A DNA stretch of 64,000 nt from positions 62,001 through 126,000 of the forward strand of contig JAHLTZ010000035.1 in assembly GCA_025786725.1 (NCBI GenBank), read 5' to 3'. This DNA comes from Syncephalis fuscata S228 (Eukaryota; Fungi; Zoopagomycota). The notes under the pieces are model-generated. The model was not told where the DNA came from and did no database searches. It saw only the letters and a program-made list of their open reading frames with translations. This document shows, piece after piece, positions 53,846-64,000 of this stretch. The translations under genes and the position numbers were made by a program. Within the stretch, counting starts at the first letter, position 1. Each line of letters starts with the position of its first letter.

Positions 53846-56800
53846 TTATATATCACGGAATGGATCAGTATCTTTTGGTGATGTATGCTTTGTTAGATAT
53901 GTCTCCTCTTCAGGATCGGTGTCACTATCAAATGGATTGTCATGATGTGTACGATACAAAGTCTCCTTTGAAGGTATATCAACTGCATAATAGGTTAATA
54001 TGACAAGCCATTCAATAACAAGTAGTATTTACCTTGATTCCACCATTGTTGCGTCGATGAACTGGGTGGTGGCACTAAAGTATTCAAGCACATGATTAAT
54101 AATAAGCAAATATATAATATAATCCTTTTACTTACATCCAGTATCATGGCTATTAACACTATTATTACTATTGGTAGTGCTAGCACTCTCCTTATCGTCG
54201 TGATCAGCATCAAATGATATAAGTGGTGCATGGGATACAGTATGCTTATTAGGTATTGTCTGACGTTTTAATGACTGGTAAGTGTCGCTACTAGTTTCAG
54301 TGCTAAGAATCTGTTCAACTAGATTGGTGCGCACTCGTTCCAGTGCTGGCGCATCAACTCCTGATACCTAATTGATAATAAATTCATTAATAACACAAAT
54401 AGACTTGCCATTAATCAATTACCTCGATAGAAAAGAACGCCTTGACTATTTGTTATGGTTATTGCAATAAGTATTATTAATAAAAATAGTGATTTAATTA
54501 TACTTACCTGGACGGTGATCGGAAATACGTAGATTTGTTCTTGAATATTCTAATTGATGAATCTATGATTTATCGTTATTATTCTTTTATCAATCCGTAT
54601 CTTCGTAGTAGTTAAATACCCGTTTACCACGATATAGGATTCGATCTAAATGATTATGTTAAATATTATACGTTACGTTATTAAGTACATTACCTGTCCA
54701 GGCTGGAATACGCGCCTTTTCACTAATATAATCATAAATTAACCAGTATTAAATAGTTCACTTTAATTACCTTGTATCATATATGTTTGTTCCAAGGTCA
54801 AATTTATACGTAGGCGGAAAGGTTATTTGACCTTCGGTAAATCCTCTAAATACTTCCTGTCGTTCCATACATTTCCGCAACTATATAATAAACAGTTTTA
54901 TTAATACACTTTTAATATGCATTAAGCTAAATCTACCTGATCCTGATCAAGTAACGGTTGTAAATGATCTTGTTCGATTAAATAGCGTACCTATTCATGT
55001 ATTTAGCATATTATTAATTACATATTTGTATACCTACATCTTCATTCATTAAATCTACACGGAAATTGAAATCACCAAGCCAAAAAACATTCCTATGATT
55101 CAATGACCATTAACTGGGCTCTATTATTAGTGTGTCGTTTTATTTACTTACTTGTGATCTTGTATATGTCGGCCATTGGCAAATAAGAGACCCTCTTCAA
55201 TTGCATTATAATCTCCAATCCGTTCCATATAATTGGATTGACCTACAAAGCTGTAGATTAATTGTCTAATTGGCAAAGCTGATCTTACCTGAAGCAAAAT
55301 GGCCGCTAACAAAACAGAATCCTGCATCTAAATAGGTCAATCGAATTGCTACAGCTCCTTTATTGCCAGATACACCGCCTAAGCCCGTCTTTATACCAAT
55401 ATTATATCAATGTTATTCACCAAAATGTCCTATCAATGACTCACTTTCTTCATAGCCATTTCGACTTGTTTGATCTTTTTAACATGTCGTTTTAGAATCA
55501 TCACAATAAGTGCCACGCCCACCAATTGACCAGATCGTAGATTAATATAAACATCTCCATTTGTCAGCTGCTCATTCGCCTCTTCCAAGGCCAGCTCTTC
55601 CCATATATGCCTAGTAGACAAATACACAGTTAATAGTCTATAGATTAATTCGTTCACTATTACCGATTAGTTTCATTGGCCGATACAAATTGTTGAGGTG
55701 TTAAACTGACCACCTCTTGAAACGCGACCACCAACATATCTGGTGGATGATTGCCTAACACAAATACACCATTAGTTACTATATTATTAACAACTATTAT
55801 TACTATATTAATATTACCATCAATCTTAATCCATGAACGTATACTAGCAATTGGTTCTTGACCATTCACATTAAATGTTCCCGTCCATAATAAAATACTT
55901 TCATTTTTAACATATTCTGATGATCTATTATTCACATTAAATATTAATATGCGCCTCTATTCTATATCTATATCTATATTCGCTATTTCTACCTTAATTG
56001 TAGTTCTGTTTGAATAAGTTCGCTCATTGGATCGTAGATAATCACTTGTTTCTGATAGACTAGCTTGCCCTATATATCATTTATAGTTATTACTAGTTAA
56101 TTGGACTTAATAATAGGTAGCAACACCTACAAGTAATTGATCGATTGTTTCCTGTTTCTGTTTATCCTGGAAGGTGCTATTATACATACGTGTCAAAGAC
56201 TTTGAAGCATCACTTAAAAGACCTAATAGTCATTACTGTTAGTGGTACATCTACTCATATATAAATGTATACTTGCCGGCAAATGTAGATTTTCCTTTAC
56301 GAGTAAAGCTTGATTTTAATGCATTTGTACCAGCATAAACCCGCGATAATGCATCTCCATTCTCGGCCCATTGTTCACTGTGCTGGGCCAATAATTGCCA
56401 TCGCTTGTTAGACCATTCAGGCATATCATCAAGTATATTTTCTAATATGCGATTTGAAATTAATCCTTGAGCTACATTGGTCCTAAATAATACAAATGAT
56501 TAATGAGATCTATTTAACTTTATTCCACTTACCGATCCAAGCTAGATATCAATAGTAGTAGTAATAGTGATTATTATTATTATAACAACAGCATGGTTTA
56601 TTAACTTGTTAATCATAAGCTTACAGCAATAATACTTACCAGTCCATACAATTGGTACGAAATATACCAGTCTGTCGAGTTACCCAGCTATCCTCCTTTA
56701 GATCATAAGTATAAAAGCCAAAATTACGAATTTGTGATTCAATCTGGCCAATTAATTGTCGAGAATTGGCCAGATTGCCATTTTTACAAATAAAATTAAA

Positions 56801-58319
56801 ATCGAAATTCTTCATTGAAATATTGTCATAGCCAAGTTCTCCAAGATACCGTTCAAATGTATCACTCAACGTTGCTTCTCCAGGCACTACTTCTGACAAT
56901 AGATTAATAGCATGCATATAATCGAATCGTTCCAAATCATGATTAACATGTTTTTTTAATGCTTCTTTTGTAGCAGTAAAGTTTCTTGTTATTTGTACAC
57001 GATGTGCTCCTATTTGTAATCCCTAATAGTAATAATAATAATGATATACATTATAGTACATACATTAGTATAATATATCAAACTTACCTGTTGTTCCCAA
57101 AATGCTATATTATTATTAATATTAATATTAATATTATTATCGTCAAATAAGGGTATAGCTCCTGTTACCTGGTACATTGCCACGCACTTGCACATAACAA
57201 CGTATAAACTCTTTTGTTACTACCACAAGTTCCGTCTAGGTTGTACAATACGTTCAATATAGTTTATTTAATTGTCGCTGTCCTACCTCAACATAATTCG
57301 CTACATTGCCATCATCATCTAATCCACGTGTTTGAAATCGAGCACCTAATTGATAATGGCTACTGTTAGTCATAATATTATATATTTTATAAATATAATT
57401 ACCTGCTCGTTTACAGCTAATACGAGAAATCAAAGCTAGTTTCAAAGAACTGCCACCATGCCAACTTTCAGTAATACCAACATAACCTTGAATAAGATTT
57501 AACTTGTATAGGTGATAGTAAGTATTAATCTAGGCAAATAGCCTATATTCTGCCTCATTACTTACAAACATGCCTTCTTGAGACATTTCCTGATAAGTAG
57601 TAGAATCGGTACGATCACAGTATTCTAATAAACGACCAAGCATATGTCCATTCCAAAAGAAATTGGTATCAGGTCGATCTGATTCAAGTACCGATGCATC
57701 ATAGGCACCCAAACTAATAATAATACAAATTAGATCATGAAACCATCTTAATTAAAACTAATTTGTTACCTGGCCGCCATATTTTTTGTTAAATCAAAAT
57801 TGATTGAATAATAGAAAGCACCACCAGACAAATATTTTGATAGATTGTCACATGGATGTTGCAGTGGATTACTCGTCCCTTCATTATAGCTATAGTAATC
57901 GGCGATACTATCATATACACTAGTGGTAAGTGAGTAGAACCGAACAGATATAACACGATAGATTTGTTCATGCGACGAAACCTGCCCAACCAACTGGGAG
58001 TGAGAGACAACACCTAGGAATAGCTCTAGTATATAAAGGTTGGTGTTAATAAACATAAACCCTAGTAGGTACTTACCGTTGGCAACGTGAAGTAGGCCGA
58101 GAATGCCAATAATAGGCATGGCATTAACTGGCGCAAGATAGTGAGAAAGTGTCTCGCGCTCTACAGCACCAGTTTACAGCCACATGTTATATTTGCTTTG
58201 GTGTCTCGACTGCGCTTATGTTCTAGTACAAGCATGGAACGTGGCTGTCCTGTAAGATTGTCGCGCGGTACAACCGCCAACGTGCGTGGTCGTTCACTGA
58301 CATAGATGTCGAACGGCAT
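53846..58319 (-). CDS. Synaptojanin-like polyphosphoinositide phosphatase (Sac1 plus inositol 5-phosphatase; Inp51/52/53 family)
   Basis: [74 protein letters not shown]-terminal NPF. Confidence 0.95.
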
Positions 58320-58552
58320 AGCAGCAGCTTATTAGTGAGAACAGAAGGGCCAAAGGATTTAATATAGCGACAGGATGGCCTGACGTAGATAATAATAATA
58401 ATAAAGTAAAAAGACCATGACTTGGTTGATAAGTTACTGTTTTATTAATTACTAATAATCATCATTAGTTAGTTAACTAAATAATTAATACTCAATATTA
58501 AGTGTAATATGTCAACAAACGAGTAATACTTTTATTGTTATTTGTTTCTATC

Positions 58553-58920
58553 ATGGCTCAAGAACGTACACCTTCTACTTTTCTTAGCGAGATCGTCGGT
58601 AAACCCGTCATTGTTCGACTCAATTCTGGTATTGATTATCGCGGTAAGTATTTATATACACGCTGATGACAATTCCATAGTGCTGTATTGATGCTGTATC
58701 CTATTGATGCTCTAGGTGTACTTTCCTGTCTTGATGGCTACATGAACATTGCACTTGAACAAACAGAAGAATGCGTAAACGGCCAAGTAACAAATAAGTT
58801 TGGCGATGCATTTATTCGCGGCAATAATGGTAAGAACCAGTATAGTATAGAAAGATAAAGGCTGACCAGCATGATCTAGTGCTCTATATCAGTGTTGACA
58901 AAGAACGCTGGCAAGGCTAG
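58553..58920 (+). CDS. LSM6: U6 snRNA-associated Sm-like protein LSm6, 3 exons; absent from the ORF track
   Basis: TPSTFLSEIVGKPVIVRLNSGIDYRGVLSCLDGYMNIALEQTEE..GDAFIRGNNVLYIS. Confidence 0.95.
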
Positions 58921-59045
58921 CTAAACCGTTACTGATACCACTTTTCTCTTTCTCCAATAATAAACACGTCGCATTCTAGTTTGCGTTTTGTCTTTACTAC
59001 TATTTGTCTTTACTCTTAAGATTGGTTTATTCTATCGCTAATAGA

Positions 59046-60792
59046 ATGTATTTAGCTATACGATCGGTAGACGCTATAGTGCGTGTACTATCCACGTCAA
59101 CATGGCTAATCCTTTCGCTGTTATTCATACTGGACAGTATAGCGTCAGTAACAGCACGTGTCTACTTGAAAGAAGCCTTTACAAAAGACGATGCACTCGA
59201 GCAACACTGGTTTATATCACAACAACGATCAGATTATGGGCGGATACGTTTATCGGCTGGTCGATTTCCCGGCAATCCACAGGATAAAGCGCTTCAAACG
59301 ATGGATAATAATCATTTCTACGCTTTATCCACTCGTCTTACGAAAGGCGTGTTTAATAACCAAGATAAAACGCTAATTGTACAATATTCCGTGAAACATG
59401 AACAGAATATCGACTGTGGCGGTGGTTATATTAAAGTAATGCCATTAATAACAATAACAACAATAATAATAACAATAATATACGAATGTTATACTAATAA
59501 CAAATTAATATGTATATTATTTAGTTATTACCCGATACATTTGAACCCGATACATTTGATGAACATTCAGTAAGTTGAGATGATTAATTAATTGATAGAT
59601 TAATACAACTATAATAATGGTAGAAATATAATATTATGTTTGGTGTAAGTGCTTGTACAGTTTACTGAATTAACTAGTATTTATTAATTGATTAATGATT
59701 ACTTATAGCCAGATATTTGTGGTATGAATAGACGTGTTCATGTTGTATTAGCCTATCAAAATACAACTATATCATTGAAGCGGGTTATTGTACCGCCATC
59801 TGATCAACTAACGCACCTTTATACGTTAATTATTCGACCAGATCAGGTAACTATAGATTGGCTAATTAATAAGTCACTATTTAATTGTTCCTATAATGAA
59901 TACTGTTATTAGACATTTAAAGTATTAATTGATTTACAAGAAGAAGCAGCAGGTCATATTATCGAAGACTTTAATACATTTCCACCAAAAACTATTCCAG
60001 GTAATTAATACCATTATTATCAACTATTAATATCAATGTACTATCAGATCCTAATGCTGTAAAACCAAATGATTGGATTGACGACCCAATGATGATTGAT
60101 GCAAGTGACAAGAAACCATTAAATTATGATGATATACCACAATTTATATCATTACCAGGCAAAAAAAGACCTATTGACTGGAATGGCAAGTATAGCGATG
60201 ACAATGACTAGTCTAATACATATATACATATATATACATATATATAGATGAAGAAGATGGCGAGTGGATAGCTCCAGTAAAAGAGAATCCTTTATATAAA
60301 GGACCCTGGCAACCTAGAAGAATACGTAATCCTTCTTATCAAGGACCATGGACACCACCACACATTAGTAATCCTGAATATAATATTGCTAGTGATCTAG
60401 GTGTATATAATACAGCATATGTAGGATTTGATATATGGCAAGGTAATGAATTACTAATATAATCATTAATAGATAGTATTAAATTATATTTCTTTTTATC
60501 ATTTCTAGTTAAAGCAGGCACACTATTTGATCATATTCTTATTACAGATAATGAAGCGTATGCGCATAACTACGCCGATAAAACCTTTGTTGCTAATCAA
60601 CCACTTGAACGTGCTGCCAAAGCACGACTGGATGAAGAGGAAGAAAAAGCAATGGAGGAGGTGGTGGTGGAGGAAGAAGGAGAACAGAAGCGACAAGGGA
60701 ATAGATGGCATAATGATGAATTATTGACGACATCGGACCTGGATGAAGACGAAATTGATTGGCAAATATTGATGGCACACAATGAACTTTAA
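59046..60792 (+). CDS. CALR: Calreticulin (soluble ER lectin chaperone)
   Basis: LIVQYSVKHEQNIDCGGGYIK, YNIMFGPDICG, THLYTLIIRPD, P-domain repeats, GFDIWQVKAGTLFD, acidic tail ending HNEL*. No transmembrane segment. Confidence 0.93.
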
Positions 60793-60900
60793 AGTGATTT
60801 AATTACCATCGATTCTTGTTCATTCCATTCAAATCCATTAGAAGTAAATTCTGGTGTAACAAATAAAGATGTGACATCAGGTATATTTACTTCACGGGCC

Positions 60901-60940
<40 letters not shown>

Positions 60941-63900
60941 GTTGTTGTTGTTGTTGTTGTTAGTGCCTAATTAATATTAATCGTTTATTATGACTTACTT
61001 TACGTGTAAATTCATCAAATGGAATTTTAATGGTTGATGGCATAGCACCCTTGTGTCGGTATTGATAGAAACGAATATGTTCCTGTACAAGTCGACCAAG
61101 TGTGTACAATAACAATTCTAAATGATCCTGGCTCTTGTTCAGATACTTGGCAAATGACTATAGATAATAACAATGTTAAATAAATATTCTAATATACAAT
61201 ATTTATAACTTACTCGACGTAATGATTTTGTAATGGCATATTTCTGTGCTCCAATAAAGCTATCAAGCATAACACTAATGGCCATATCGATATCTTCGGT
61301 TCGAACGAACTCACGCAAGTGCATACGAGCATGAGCCTCGGACATTCTTATCATTGATTCGATATGACGCACGGTAATAGGAATACTGCCACCCGCCTAC
61401 AAATGTACTAGTTAGTTGTTATTGTTATAGCTAATAAACAATCTTACCAATGATCACGTCGCAATTCTGCATATAATTGCGCTACTTTATCTTGATCCAT
61501 TTGGTGTAGTTGTGGCTGGACGCGATCCTTGGCAAACATAATATATTTACGCAATAAATCTTGAGGAATAATCTAATGAGCGTATTAGTATATTAATAGA
61601 CATGCTAACTAATAAAGATCGTTGTTGTTTACATCAGCATCTTGTTCCGGTGCCTGTACAGTATCTGATTCTGGTGCATATTCAGGATGGCTTCTAATAT
61701 GACTATCTACCACAAACTTGGCCAACTGTTCGTCAATTACTGGGTCCACTGTATCTTTAACCGTACATAGAATGTCGAAGCGAGATAGAATTGGTTCGGT
61801 TAATTCAACATTTTGTGAGAAAGGTATTGCTGGATTGTAACGACCACGAATAGGATTGGCCGCGGCAATGACGGCACATCTTGCTTGCAGTGTTGTAACA
61901 ATACCTGCCTTGGAAATGGAAATAGATTGTTGTTCCATTGCTTCGTGAATACTTGTTCTATTAAACCATTAATATGGATGCATCAACATTGATCTTATTA
62001 TTGATCTTACCGGTCAGAATCGTTCATTTTATCAAATTCATCAATAAGACAAACGCCTTTATCGGCAAGTACAAGTGCACCGCCTTCCAGTGTCCATTCA
62101 CGGGTTACTGGATCTTTACGTACGGAGGCGGTCAAGCCCACTGCTGATGCACCTTGACCAGTGGTAAATACAGCACGATGTGCTACCTTTTCAATATACT
62201 TTAAGAATTGAGACTTGGCCGTACCCGGATCACCAAGCATTAACATATTAATATCGCCACGTAGACGATGTTTCCCTTGAATATCCTTGGGACAGCCACC
62301 GAATAAGGCAAGGGCAATACCTGTTTTAATATCTCGATGGCCGTAAATGGATGGTGCAATACTTTTAATGATCTATTAATTACAGGTTAGTTATTGTATT
62401 TGGTATATTGTATTATCTTAACACTTACACGTTGGCCAACACGTTCATCGCGTGCCAATTCACGAATAGCTCGTTCATCCTCTTCGGTTAATCGATAGCT
62501 GGAATAACGATCGGCCTTTTTATTAATATGATTTGCCTCGATAACCGTTGAGAATACAGGGAATCCATGCTGTGTATTAAGTGAGGCATCGTAATTATTA
62601 CGATAGATACCCGTCACTTCCTATCAATTAAATATATTTAGTATTATTAATAACTGTAAATATCTACTATTAATGCCTTACAATTTCTTCTCCTGGTTTG
62701 GCCGTATCAACTAGATCCCATAGCAAAATTACTTCTCTGTGTCGTGGTAAACGACCAGGTGGCACCATAGATGGACTTTCTTGAAGGGTTAGTTTTTGAT
62801 AATTGCGATAGACCGTCTAATTAATGGTTAATAAAACACTTTGTAAATATAGACTTGGTAGTTACCTGTTCCGAGACAACTTCAAATGGACCACGTGATT
62901 GACAAGAAGCACATCGCTGTATACGAATTTCTGTATGGGCATCCTGACTAAATGGACCCATAATCATGCCACATTTAACACAGTTGAATTTAACGTACTT
63001 CAACTGAGGAAATACACCAGTACGACGAGTAACTACACCGGTAACTCGTACAAGACAATTGATATGGTTACGACTGTATAGATACAAATAAGCTATTGAT
63101 GTTAGTGATTATAACGATCTACTTACCGTAAATCTCTTAGACTAACCATGGCAGGTAGATCTGTAATACGAACATGAACCTCAGGATGAATATCATCATA
63201 GTGTTGCCACATAAGTTTGACTACATCATGGGCAACCGTATCAAATATAGCCAACATTTCGGTAGGCGCATTGGCTAGGAAATATGCTAGAATACTCTTT
63301 GATTCTGCCAAATGCGTATAACTAACTTCAAGACTTTCAAGATTCTCTAATTATCATATCGTATATTATTTAGATAGTGTTACATAGTAGCAATGCCACT
63401 TACGTTCACCCAATCGTTTAATACGGGCACCGTAAACGGATGTACCACGTTCATCGACAAATGTCTTTAAAAATTGGCTGAATTCATTGGCAATTGTCTT
63501 TCGTGGACCACTCATGGTAACCCATTCGGCAATATTTCTTGCTTTAACATCCTGTAATGCTTCAACAGGGAATACCTATTGATATAGATTTGTTAATAGC
63601 GGCTATGGTTATTCACTATTAAACAGTATTGTGTATACCTACATCCATTTCTTCTTCTGGCATCATAGCCATTGGATCTATATCATTACGCATAACACGG
63701 CGTTGACGTGTCACAACCGGTAGATCTAATGGTTCATCTAATAGCATAGATTATATCAATATATGCTATATTTATGTTCACTATATTCGTAATAGCTTAC
63801 CATCCATGATAAATGCTGCCGGAACACGGCCATCTATACGACGTTGTTCAGCATCACGTCGACTCATAATGGCCTCTGCAGCATGTCGATCGGACACATC

Positions 63901-64000
63901 CATTGTATCGTAGTCTTGTGTATCAAGTTCGTCAATGTCATAGTCGTCAAGACGAGCATTTTGACGATAGTCACTAGTTATTTAATAGCGTTATTAATAT
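60789..64000 (-). CDS. MCM2: DNA replication licensing factor MCM2 (5' end lies outside the window)
   Basis: [62 protein letters not shown]4 zinc finger, [15 protein letters not shown]. Confidence 0.97.
60901..60961. repeat. Compound (TAT)n(TGT)n microsatellite in an MCM2 intron
   Basis: Directly visible. Confidence 0.9.

Overview
Eukaryotic, AT-rich, intron-dense fungal DNA with many short GT-AG introns. The presence of calreticulin, U12 introns, a LISK-type TKL kinase, a PACT protein and secreted kinase-like genes suggests an early-diverging fungus, most resembling a zoopagalean mycoparasite such as Syncephalis (inference, not database-checked). Compact blocks of core genes are present: importin-9, Pol5/MYBBP1A, RPL18, a PPR protein, MLH1, beta-COP, IDI1, a TESK/LIMK-like kinase, TEN1, ADE16/17, a PACT protein, PLPBP, synaptojanin, LSM6, calreticulin and MCM2. 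These are interrupted by three accessory islands (about 0.5-1.8, 16.9-22.2 and 43.8-52.2 kb). The islands carry four signal-peptide kinase-fold loci: one with catalytic motifs, a recently duplicated pseudokinase pair and a CpG-depleted pseudogene. They also carry an F-box gene, a secreted His-rich peptide, an FAD monooxygenase and a large inverted repeat. Other highlights are two U12 introns in importin-9 (one AT-AC, one probably AT-AT) and convergent calreticulin/MCM2 genes with overlapping stop codons. Many 1-bp frameshifts fall in essential genes and are probably assembly errors. Gene boundaries were read by eye and may be off by a few bases.
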